Below are positions 29,510 to 37,248 of a stretch of DNA of 64,000 nt, one piece after another. The notes below the pieces were generated by a model, which searched no databases, was not told the origin of the DNA, and saw only the letters and a program-made list of their open reading frames with translations. A program made the position numbers and the translations under genes. The DNA lies in IMG/VR virus record IMGVR_UViG_3300042276_000119, positions 1 through 64,000 of that record; one strand, 5' to 3'. Within the stretch, counting starts at the first letter, position 1. Each line of letters opens with the position of its first letter. Origin of the DNA: a virus (lineage: Duplodnaviria > Caudoviricetes).

Positions 29510-29855
29510 TGTGATACAGCTTAGGCGAGATTTTCTGCCTGCTTGGGAATCCGCCAACCCTGTGCTGGCTCAAGGCGAACTTGGGGTCGTACTTGATGAT
29601 AGCAGCGTGAAAATAGGCGACGGGATTACTCCTTGGGTTGACTTGCCAACTTATTTTTCCCCTGCGTGGATGGTAACCCTGCTGCAAGGGGTGTCCGAAC
29701 TGGACGGAAGGGCCACTGCCGTTGAGCAAGGGGTGTCCGAACTGGACGGAAGGGCCACTGCCGTTGAGCAAGGGGTGTCCGAACTGGACGGAAGGGCCAC
29801 TGCCGTTGAGCAAGGGGTGTCCGACATTGAAATTCTGGCATTGGCAGGACTATAG
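29502..29855 (+). CDS. Short fibre adaptor with Mtd-N/hyaluronidase-N-like domain and coiled-coil repeats
   Basis: IQLRRD...WESANPVLAQGELG...KIGDGITPW.DLP; GGAGG RBS before ATG 29502. Confidence 0.75.
   Translation: MADVIQLRRDFLPAWESANPVLAQGELGVVLDDSSVKIGDGITPWVDLPTYFSPAWMVTLLQGVSELDGRATAVEQGVSELDGRATAVEQGVSELDGRATAVEQGVSDIEILALAGL
29684..29824 (+). repeat. Perfect 42-bp tandem repeat x3.4
   Basis: GCAAGGGGTGTCCGAACTGGACGGAAGGGCCACTGCCGTTGA encoding QGVSELDGRATAVE. Confidence 0.97.
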
Positions 29856-29864
29856 GAGGGCCAA

Positions 29865-30131
29865 ATGGCTTTAGATTTCACGGCGTTTAACGCAACACTT
29901 CAAGGTCTTTTGGACTCAGAAACTGACCCAAAACAACTTTTACTGATAACCAAATCCCTGGAGAGCGCTGGCAACCACAGCGCTTTTGAAATTCGTATAG
30001 TGGCTATTGAAGACCAGCTAGGTGCTGCCCAACTTCAGTTGACTACGGTTGAAGGCCGTACATCTGACCTCGAAAAGGTCACGAGCAAGCCTTTCTTAAC
30101 ACAATATATTTTTGGAGCTATCCATGGCTGA
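29865..30131 (+). CDS. Small coiled-coil tail protein
   Basis: AGGAGG RBS; heptad pattern. Confidence 0.6.
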   Translation: MALDFTAFNATLQGLLDSETDPKQLLLITKSLESAGNHSAFEIRIVAIEDQLGAAQLQLTTVEGRTSDLEKVTSKPFLTQYIFGAIHG

Positions 30132-31371
30132 GACTTTGAAGATCGTATATGACGGAGAAATAACCGCCGAAGACGTGGAAATGGCAGATGCGGGAAAAAT
30201 TACCCTTGCCACAGCCGCCCCTGGGTCGCAGCTAATTGTCACTAACGCGCTCCTCTCAGGCGAACTGGCAAAACTGAAACCGTCGCTATCAGTCAATGGG
30301 TCATCATTCGGAAACGAAATTGAGTTACACGCTCTGAAAAACATGTTGGTTGACCAGGGTGAAACGGTAGAGTTGGATTTTTCCAGTATTGATTTAGGCG
30401 CTACCTCCTTGTGTCTGTCTACTTACGATTCGAGAACCGGTTACAACGGGTCACACTGCATCCTCGTCCCAAACTCTAGCGAGGTCGCCTCTGTACTAAA
30501 CGAAGCCATCCAATTTGAATTTTCAAGTTCTCAAAGCATTAATAACTTCAGCCGTGGATTTGTTTATAACAATTACGCCTGGTATTTCTACTACGATGGC
30601 AATAGCTCCAGCGGGTTATATCGCAGCACCTCCACCGTTGATATGTATCAGGATGGCGTAATCAACGAATGGACCTCTGCCCACACAGGTAACTACGGCA
30701 ACGGCGGTTACGACGGGAACCAATATTTCTACATGACGGACGCAAGCGAACGCTGGGTGCGTTATGACTTGCAAAACCTCCAAGTAGAATATGCGTCAGG
30801 AGTCCACTACGCTGTGTCTTCGTATGCTCAAAGTTCCGGGGATGCTGGCCTACATCTGGTGGTGCCGTCGTCAAGCTACGGTTCTAATGTAAGCGTCTAT
30901 AACTGGGATACTCAGCAGATTAGAAACTGGTCTTTGCCGTCCAGCCACAGCGCATCTAGCTTCGACTTCACTGATACGTGGGTAGACGCTCAGAACGACT
31001 GGGTATACTGGGTATACATCTACTACTCCACTGCATATTTCTATCGCATACCATACTCCACGATCATGGTTTCAGACGGAGGCGAGGAGTTCATCGGCTC
31101 GGTTAACCTGGCAGGATATATAACTGCTAACCAGTCTCGCAGAGTGCCTACTGTTAAGGGCGGTTACCTTTGGTTTGTTGGGCTAGGTGACAACCGGGTA
31201 TACAGATTGCCATTGTCCAACATTAACGCAGAGCCAGAGCTTGTGTTCTCAACAGATAGCCCTTACATCCAGTTTGTGAACATCTCCAGAGTCTCAGAAG
31301 ACACTCTCAGCTGGTCCGACTTTGCTGGTATGAAAGCCAAAGCAAGGCTTACAGCAGTGGAATTGCAATGA
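30124..31371 (+). CDS. Putative second receptor-binding protein (beta-propeller-like)
   Basis: Tyr/Trp/Ser/Asn-rich beta repeats, visibly lower GC, in the tail accessory cluster; GGAG RBS before ATG 30124. Confidence 0.55.
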   Translation: MAETLKIVYDGEITAEDVEMADAGKITLATAAPGSQLIVTNALLSGELAKLKPSLSVNGSSFGNEIELHALKNMLVDQGETVELDFSSIDLGATSLCLSTYDSRTGYNGSHCILVPNSSEVASVLNEAIQFEFSSSQSINNFSRGFVYNNYAWYFYYDGNSSSGLYRSTSTVDMYQDGVINEWTSAHTGNYGNGGYDGNQYFYMTDASERWVRYDLQNLQVEYASGVHYAVSSYAQSSGDAGLHLVVPSSSYGSNVSVYNWDTQQIRNWSLPSSHSASSFDFTDTWVDAQNDWVYWVYIYYSTAYFYRIPYSTIMVSDGGEEFIGSVNLAGYITANQSRRVPTVKGGYLWFVGLGDNRVYRLPLSNINAEPELVFSTDSPYIQFVNISRVSEDTLSWSDFAGMKAKARLTAVELQ

Positions 31372-31384
31372 TGGAGGGTGTGGT

Positions 31385-31594
31385 ATGGTATCTGTAAAAC
31401 TAACAGGGATTATTGGTGAAGTGGCCTATGTCGTGGACCCTTCCAAGATTTTGAAACTGGACGTTGAACCTGGAACAAGGATCAGGTTCAACGGCACGAA
31501 ACATGTCGTTGCCCATTCCCCTACCGAGGTAGGTGGGGGAACCGTCATCTCTAGTGACCTTGACGCAGTGAAACTAACCGGGGAATTAAGATGA
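31385..31594 (+). CDS. Hypothetical protein
   Basis: GGAGG RBS; ATGA-coupled to the next gene. Confidence 0.55.
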   Translation: MVSVKLTGIIGEVAYVVDPSKILKLDVEPGTRIRFNGTKHVVAHSPTEVGGGTVISSDLDAVKLTGELR

Positions 31595-32133
31595 TTGAAG
31601 TAGCTATAGCTGACAGAGAAGTGCATGTCACTTGTGACGACGGCAGGTTTCTCGTCTTACGAAATAACCCCATTACTGGTAAGGGCTTTGCCACTGACTC
31701 TGACGCTGATAATTTCTACAGAGAAGTTGTTGAACCGAGTATCGAGCAGTGGTTGCAGCGGCCTCCCTCTACATCGGACTTAATCGAAGCAAAAACTGCT
31801 GAAGTCCGGCATATAGCTGAGCAATATTTCACCGCAGAGGTAACCACCTCAGATGGAAAAGTCTGGCGTGGCGGCAAAGCCTCAGCGGAGTCCATAAAAG
31901 GTGCAGTTGAACTGGCGCAATTCGCAGGTATGACAGAGATTACTTTGAGGGATGCAAACCGAGAACCGCATGTTATGGCCTTGGAAACCGCTATGGGTGT
32001 AGCCGTAGCTATAGCAATGGACTACCAGATGAAGTTTCAGGCAGAAGAGGACGCCTTACTTGCTCTGAGCAGAATAGACCTCTCATCTGAGGATGCTATC
32101 CAGCAAATCGAAGCTGTAGAGCTGGTCGTATGA
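31591..32133 (+). CDS. DUF4376-like tail fibre assembly protein
   Basis: LRNNPITGKGF N-terminus; ITLRDANREPH and IQQIEAV C-terminus. Confidence 0.6.
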   Translation: MIEVAIADREVHVTCDDGRFLVLRNNPITGKGFATDSDADNFYREVVEPSIEQWLQRPPSTSDLIEAKTAEVRHIAEQYFTAEVTTSDGKVWRGGKASAESIKGAVELAQFAGMTEITLRDANREPHVMALETAMGVAVAIAMDYQMKFQAEEDALLALSRIDLSSEDAIQQIEAVELVV

Positions 32134-32633
32134 AGCTGATTATCGTCGCTGCGGCAGGGGCCTTGGTAACAGCCTGCTCCCTACAGCCCGCCAACACCCT
32201 GTCGGTTATCAGCTCAGCCGCCGACCTTTCGTACCACTACGAGTCAGGTCAAGCTGTGGAGTTTATCGACAACGCCACCCTGACCGATCTGGAAGTCACT
32301 GTGGTGCTTGAGGCGCTGGATCAGATAGACCGGTCTAAAGCCCGGCTCAAAGCGTTCACGGATGAGCCTGAGCGGTTTGTAACCGACATCACCCTGGTGA
32401 GCTTTGAATACGCCAAAATAAAGTCGTCCTACCTCAGCATCCGACAGGTTGTGCTGGATAATCGAGAAGAGTACACGCCAGAGGAATGGCGTGTGTTCGA
32501 GGAGTTCGACGCCGCCGCTGGCAATCTTGACCAGCGGTTTGCCAGCCTCGTAGCAGCGCTGGAGGCCAACACTGCATTGCAAACTGCGTTCAGGCTGGCT
32601 GACACCGCTGTAAAGATCGCAACTCTACTGTGA
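32130..32633 (+). CDS. Lipoprotein
   Basis: Signal peptide MKLIIVAAAGALVTA-C with lipobox. Confidence 0.75.
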   Translation: MKLIIVAAAGALVTACSLQPANTLSVISSAADLSYHYESGQAVEFIDNATLTDLEVTVVLEALDQIDRSKARLKAFTDEPERFVTDITLVSFEYAKIKSSYLSIRQVVLDNREEYTPEEWRVFEEFDAAAGNLDQRFASLVAALEANTALQTAFRLADTAVKIATLL

Positions 32634-32634
32634 G

Positions 32635-33210
32635 GTGACCATGGCCGAGATACAGATTGACCTGTTCCAGTATCGGTCCATACCGCAGAACTTCGGTAGA
32701 GTAGTCGCTGTAGATCAGGACAAGGACGCCATCCTACTGCGTGGAGGTCTTGACGCCTATGAGCTGAGCCCCAAGCCAAACGAGTGGCTGGTCACCAGGG
32801 ACTGGGCATTCTGGTCAACCAGACTGCAACAGGTGATCTACATCCCGGCTTGGTTCGTTACTGATTTGGCGTCTATCCCGAGGCTCGCAAGAATCCTGGT
32901 GCCCCGTGGCGAGAACGAGCGCATCCCGGCACTGATCCATGACTACCTATACGCACTGTTCGGGGAGAAGCTGGAAACACCCGTGAGGGAGGACGCTGAC
33001 GCTGTATTCCGGGACTTCTGCAAGCTGTGTGGGGTTGGACTGTTCCGCAGAAACGCGATGTACTTCGCGGTGCGGGGTTTTGGCTGGACCCACTACAGTG
33101 AGTCAGATGGAAGGTTCTTTGCTCCTATGGAGCATAGAAAATACTATTTGGAAGCGGCAGAGTGGGGTGTTCCTCCGCTTGATTCTGATCCACTTTCTGT
33201 CGGGTCGTAA
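32635..33210 (+). CDS. DUF1353-family protein
   Basis: PAWFVTDLASIPR...LIHDYLY...ADAVF...MYFAVRGFG signature. Confidence 0.8.
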   Translation: MTMAEIQIDLFQYRSIPQNFGRVVAVDQDKDAILLRGGLDAYELSPKPNEWLVTRDWAFWSTRLQQVIYIPAWFVTDLASIPRLARILVPRGENERIPALIHDYLYALFGEKLETPVREDADAVFRDFCKLCGVGLFRRNAMYFAVRGFGWTHYSESDGRFFAPMEHRKYYLEAAEWGVPPLDSDPLSVGS

Positions 33211-33225
33211 TGTGCAAATGTACAT

Positions 33226-33249
33226 CCCCGGCCAATGGCCGGGGCTTTT
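33226..33249 (+). terminator. Intrinsic terminator at the convergence of the two arms
   Basis: CCCCGGCC-AAT-GGCCGGGG-CTTTT. Confidence 0.8.
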
Positions 33250-33263
33250 CTGGGGATTTTGTT

Positions 33264-33872
33264 TCAGTGTGCAGCTTGGACTTTCTGACGTTCTGTGTAC
33301 CTGACCACCACGTCGGTTATACCGCCTAGATCAGTCTTCTCAGCTGCTCGCTCCGAAATACCTGCTTCCAGCTGGCCCAGTCTCAGCATGACCATCAGAA
33401 AGTCTGCCTGATCCTGCAAGTCCTTCAGAGAGCCGTTGTTGTCGATCACAACGTCAGCATCGCCCTTACGGAGCTGCATACTTTCCATAGGCTCAGGTAG
33501 CAGGTGCTCTGACCGGTCCACCCAGACCACTGCATCGAAGACGCCTGCTGCTTTACACGCTTCCAGTTCTTCCCGGTTGCGCACTCCGCAGTAGATGTCG
33601 TTGTCTTTTGTGACCAGACGAGCCAGGCGAGTCAGATCGCCCTCGTTAAAATCCCTGATCTCGTCGTGCATCCAGGGGCGGACTTCGCCACGGCGCTTGT
33701 ACAGGTCTTCGGGGGACACGAAGCCCAACCCGTGCTCAACGGACAGGTCAAACAAGAACTCTCTGCAGGCGATCAAACTGGAGGACTCAAAGCGCATCCC
33801 GTAGCGATCTCTCAACATTTCGCAGAAGGTGTCTTTGCCATGTCGGGCGTGGCCAATTACGAGTAGTTTCAT
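33264..33872 (-). CDS. dNMP kinase-like P-loop protein
   Basis: IGHARHGKDT Walker A, GVRNREE, ADVVIDNNGSLKDL. Confidence 0.75.
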   Translation of the reverse strand: MKLLVIGHARHGKDTFCEMLRDRYGMRFESSSLIACREFLFDLSVEHGLGFVSPEDLYKRRGEVRPWMHDEIRDFNEGDLTRLARLVTKDNDIYCGVRNREELEACKAAGVFDAVVWVDRSEHLLPEPMESMQLRKGDADVVIDNNGSLKDLQDQADFLMVMLRLGQLEAGISERAAEKTDLGGITDVVVRYTERQKVQAAH

Positions 33873-34195
33873 TACGAAGCCCTCTCTACACGGTATAGCT
33901 TGTCTGAGTCGGACAGGGCTTCTCCGCTTTCAGGGACCTCTGTGTAAGTCTCAAGCTGCTCTTTCAGTCGCTGGTTCTGATTCGTCAGCCTCGTAACCTC
34001 CTCCAGACACATGGCTTCTTGTTTGGACTCAGAGGCGATCAGCCACAACAGGGTTGAGTAGGCAACAACATCTGCCAATGTCCACCAGTCGAATCCGACG
34101 ATTGCCAGGTGCAGAACGCCTGCAGAAGCGTATGCCCACGCCAGAGCAAAGAACAGGTTCGCCCAGGTTGCGTGCTTCTTGATCCAAGTTTTCAT
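33872..34195 (-). CDS. Membrane protein with two TM segments and a coiled coil
   Basis: Hydrophobic segments; coupled to neighbours. Confidence 0.6.
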   Translation of the reverse strand: MKTWIKKHATWANLFFALAWAYASAGVLHLAIVGFDWWTLADVVAYSTLLWLIASESKQEAMCLEEVTRLTNQNQRLKEQLETYTEVPESGEALSDSDKLYRVERAS

Positions 34196-34401
34196 GCTTC
34201 CGCTCCCTTGGAATTGATCTGCGCCATCACCTCAGATTGGCTGCACAGAGCCGTCAACGACTCTCCGTTGTGCAGTGTGATCTGGCACCGGTTGTTGGCG
34301 TAGGTGTCATCTGAAATCATAGCGATGGCGTCTACAGCGAGGGTTACGGTGCCGACCATGCCGGCACCAAGGTTTCTGTTCACTGAAATGAACTTGCTCA
34401 T
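34192..34401 (-). CDS. Small hypothetical protein
   Basis: ATGA-coupled on both sides. Confidence 0.6.
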   Translation of the reverse strand: MSKFISVNRNLGAGMVGTVTLAVDAIAMISDDTYANNRCQITLHNGESLTALCSQSEVMAQINSKGAEA

Positions 34402-35777
34402 ACGGCCACCTCTGCCTTGATCGCAGGGTGTGGGTCGTAGAACTCGACACTGAAGTCGCTAACCTCGTAGTTACCAATGGACTTAGGCTCGAAAACCAGC
34501 TTTGGCAGTTCACGAGGCTTTCGGCTCAGCAGTTCCATAGCTTGCTCGAAATGATTGTGGTACAGGTGTAGGTCGCCAAACGTGTACGAAAGGTCTCCTA
34601 CTTCAAGGCCGCACTCTGCGGCGATAATGTGGGTAAGCAGGGCGTAGGATGCGATGTTCACTGGCACCCCGAGAAATATATCAGCTGACCTCTGGTAGAC
34701 TTGGCAGCTGAGCTGCCCGTCACACACGTAAAACTGGATAACTGACCCATGACAGCAAGGCAACTGTGCGTGTTCCATTGCTGGCGTAGCCCAAAGATTT
34801 ACTACGTGCCGGCGCGACTCTGGGTATTCTTTGATGTTGGCTATTAACAGTTTGAGCTGGTCTAACTGCCGAAATCTCTGCACCTTGCCAGGTTCTTCGG
34901 ACGTGTATTTGAACTCTGACCAGCCGTGGTGTGTGTGCAACTTCCCGTTTAGGCATCTATGAACTGCTGACAAATTCAATCCGAACAGTCTTTTTGCCTC
35001 CCCTATTGAAGGGAACAGTATGTTCTCGCCCTCTGGACTAACAGCGGTGAATGCCCTCTGGTTTGACACGTTGAAACCTTGCTCGTCATGCGAGGCCCAG
35101 CAGCAGGTCTCTTTTGAGTACCTGTTACTCGCGTGAAGTATGTCCTTGTCTATGCTGTAGTCTTTTGGGAAATGTTTCTTCAGCGTGTAGCCTATGAGAG
35201 TCTTGGCATCCTCAAAGAACTTACCAAAGTTCAGCCATTCCGGCGCAACATGAACCCCTACAGCTCCGTACGCTGCGTAACTTCTGCAGGTTGGGTCGTA
35301 ACATCTGCGAAGCATGTTTCTCCACACCTCTTTGAGCATCGCTTCTTCCGGCTCTACCCCATGGTGTGGCTTGCGTTTAAATTCGCCCAGGTCACCCACT
35401 CCGTAAACGAGCCCTTCTTTTGGCTCCGGCACGTAGGGCTCGAAAGTTTTCACTTCTGTAAGGAACCACCAACGGGCGTACCGGTACTGCTCCCCGTAGA
35501 TTGGTCCAAGACTGCCATCTGCCTTTTGCCAGGGCGTCCACCAATGCCTGACACTTTTTGGCAAGTCCTGTGTGTTCGTCGAGCCAGACAAGAACCACAG
35601 CAATTCTGCTACAGTGCCGCCTACAAACATTTTCTTCGTCGTCAGCAGCGGGAACCCTTGGCTCAGATCGAACCGCACCTGCCGACCGAATACAGATCGG
35701 GTGCCGGTGCCGGTGCGGTCACCACGGTCTTTGCCGTTGGTCATCACGTCTTCAAGCAGCGTGTGATATTGCTTCAT
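34398..35777 (-). CDS. thyA: Thymidylate synthase ThyA with in-frame HNH-type endonuclease/NUMOD1-like insertion
   Basis: DRTGTGT, FPLLTTKK, ELLWFLSG, LGPIYG, SRR, LPCCH, YQRSADIFLGVPVNIASY, GDLHLY.NH; ~200 extra residues at aa ~101-303. Confidence 0.93.
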   Translation of the reverse strand: MKQYHTLLEDVMTNGKDRGDRTGTGTRSVFGRQVRFDLSQGFPLLTTKKMFVGGTVAELLWFLSGSTNTQDLPKSVRHWWTPWQKADGSLGPIYGEQYRYARWWFLTEVKTFEPYVPEPKEGLVYGVGDLGEFKRKPHHGVEPEEAMLKEVWRNMLRRCYDPTCRSYAAYGAVGVHVAPEWLNFGKFFEDAKTLIGYTLKKHFPKDYSIDKDILHASNRYSKETCCWASHDEQGFNVSNQRAFTAVSPEGENILFPSIGEAKRLFGLNLSAVHRCLNGKLHTHHGWSEFKYTSEEPGKVQRFRQLDQLKLLIANIKEYPESRRHVVNLWATPAMEHAQLPCCHGSVIQFYVCDGQLSCQVYQRSADIFLGVPVNIASYALLTHIIAAECGLEVGDLSYTFGDLHLYHNHFEQAMELLSRKPRELPKLVFEPKSIGNYEVSDFSVEFYDPHPAIKAEVAV

Positions 35778-35959
35778 AGTTTGCAGGCGCCTCCAGCGCA
35801 GTCGTCGAGGTCCATGGACTCCAGCTCTTCCTTCTCGGCCAGGGTCTTTTTCAGGGCACCTGCAACGTCGTCATCTTCCTGGTAAGTGCCTTCGCTGTCT
35901 TCGTAGCTCTTGAACCATCCGAGGATGGTTCTGAGTTCTGCAATGGTCAGGTCGTTCAT
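35774..35959 (-). CDS. Small acidic protein ending CAGGACKL
   Basis: AAAGGA RBS; ATGA-coupled to thyA. Confidence 0.7.
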   Translation of the reverse strand: MNDLTIAELRTILGWFKSYEDSEGTYQEDDDVAGALKKTLAEKEELESMDLDDCAGGACKL

Positions 35960-35986
35960 GTAGTGGTCCTTTGGTTAGAGAGTTGG

Positions 35987-36226
35987 TTACTTCAGTTTTC
36001 GGTTCGCAGTGATTCGCTCGTAGTCATCACGGCAGTCTGAGTCACAGAAGAGCTTCACCTGCCGGTCCTGCATCTCGAAGGGTTCGTCACAGTTGTAGCA
36101 AATGCCTTTCGGGCTGAGCTTTGGCCCCGTGTTCAGCTGCGCTCTGGCGTTTGCGATGCCCATGTCGACAGTGCGTTGAATTTCAATGTCAGCCCTGTCG
36201 GCTGGGTCTCCGAAGTGAATACTCAT
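35987..36226 (-). CDS. TraR/DksA-like Zn-finger protein
   Basis: DPADRA (DxxDxA) tip motif plus CYNC...FCDSDC; coupled start 36226. Confidence 0.7.
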   Translation of the reverse strand: MSIHFGDPADRADIEIQRTVDMGIANARAQLNTGPKLSPKGICYNCDEPFEMQDRQVKLFCDSDCRDDYERITANRKLK

Positions 36227-36573
36227 GGATACGTCCACTCAAATTTTCCAGTTATCTTGTTGCCAAATTCGTCAATGTAGGTTGGCGTTGCATCTTTGCT
36301 GCGTTCCCAGTGTTCTCGGTGCACCAGAAGCAGAACAGGGTGATCCATCTCCCAGATGTGCCCACTCTCGAAGTAGGGGAATCTGGTTCCGGCGGGTACT
36401 TTGATCAGCAGAGGGCAGTCAACAGGTGGGAGTTCCTTGTTCAAATGCAGGTCGGTGCCAGGCAGCAGGAATCCCGCCACCGGCAACTCTGGGTGTTTCA
36501 TCGCCTTGAAATACATCAGTGGAGCCTGGCCAGGCTCCCCGAGTTCCAGTGCGCAGTTAGGACACCGCTGCAT
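36223..36573 (-). CDS. Hypothetical protein
   Basis: GGAG RBS before ATG 36573 (MQRCPNC), shorter than the ORF-track call. Confidence 0.6.
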   Translation of the reverse strand: MQRCPNCALELGEPGQAPLMYFKAMKHPELPVAGFLLPGTDLHLNKELPPVDCPLLIKVPAGTRFPYFESGHIWEMDHPVLLLVHREHWERSKDATPTYIDEFGNKITGKFEWTYP

Positions 36574-37189
36574 AGCGAGACTCCAGCGCTTGGTACAGCC
36601 CATCCACATCTGAAAACTCTGCAGCGAGTTCCACCAGGTGCTCATTGTCTTCACGACCGTCAGCCCAGACCTTGGTGTACTCGCCGCGAGTCTGGCCGTG
36701 ATTGATACGGAACCGGTTGAGGGTGTACTTGATGAAGTAGGCTTCGGCAATTTCACTGAAGCTGAAGCCGCAAGCTACGCACAGTTTGGTGAACCAGAAC
36801 ACGTCGAATTTGCCTTTCGTGGCTGCCTTCGCAAGGTCCCTGGCGTACTTGGCAACAGAACCCGCTGCAAGGTCTCCAGAGGGCCGTTCAGCCCCTGCAA
36901 CCATGTTGGCGACTGCTTCTGCCGCTGCGTCCTGCATCAGCAAGACAGACAGGCCGAAGTGCATGATGTCCACCAGTTCCAGTTTAACCTGCTCCGTATC
37001 GCACACCTGCTTGCGGTAGTGGAAGATGCTGCCATCGTGGTTGAGCAGTTCGCCGGTTTCGATCCAGATGTAGTCTGCGAAAGGGTGGCCTTTGGTGCGC
37101 CACTCGGGGCAGTCGTATTGTGCATTCAGAAAATCCTGCGCTTCAAGAAGCTGTTCAATGGTCTTTGTGCAAAGGTGCATTTTGTACAT
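36557..37189 (-). CDS. dut: Dimeric (all-alpha) dUTPase
   Basis: Q..LN, ETGELLNH, ELVDIMHFGLS, YFIKYTLNRFR..HG...G.Y.K.W.DGREDNE motifs. Confidence 0.88.
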   Translation of the reverse strand: MYKMHLCTKTIEQLLEAQDFLNAQYDCPEWRTKGHPFADYIWIETGELLNHDGSIFHYRKQVCDTEQVKLELVDIMHFGLSVLLMQDAAAEAVANMVAGAERPSGDLAAGSVAKYARDLAKAATKGKFDVFWFTKLCVACGFSFSEIAEAYFIKYTLNRFRINHGQTRGEYTKVWADGREDNEHLVELAAEFSDVDGLYQALESRYAAVS

Positions 37190-37199
37190 CCTTGGTTGT

Positions 37200-37224
37200 T
37201 AAAAACCCCGGCAATGCCGGGGTC
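37200..37224 (-). terminator. Intrinsic terminator after sbcC
   Basis: Minus strand GACCCCGGC-ATT-GCCGGGGTTTTT. Confidence 0.8.
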
Positions 37225-37248
37225 ATGGATCAGATTTTGTGGCCGAAC

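Noticed and set aside
29684-29824. CRISPR-like array
   Set aside because: Head-to-tail repeats with no spacers, in frame within a CDS; no cas genes. The same applies to 14964-15538 and 184-277.
29502-31371. Diversity-generating retroelement suggested by the Mtd-N-like domain
   Set aside because: No reverse transcriptase and no adenine-mismatched TR/VR pair seen in the window.
34869-35477. Intein or group I intron in thyA
   Set aside because: No intein terminal residues, and the insert is coding end to end, leaving no evident room for a ribozyme core. Not excluded without a covariance search.
34398-35777. dCMP hydroxymethylase / modified-base pathway
   Set aside because: The specificity residue is Asn (GVPVNIASY) as in dUMP-specific ThyA, and no base-modification genes were recognised.
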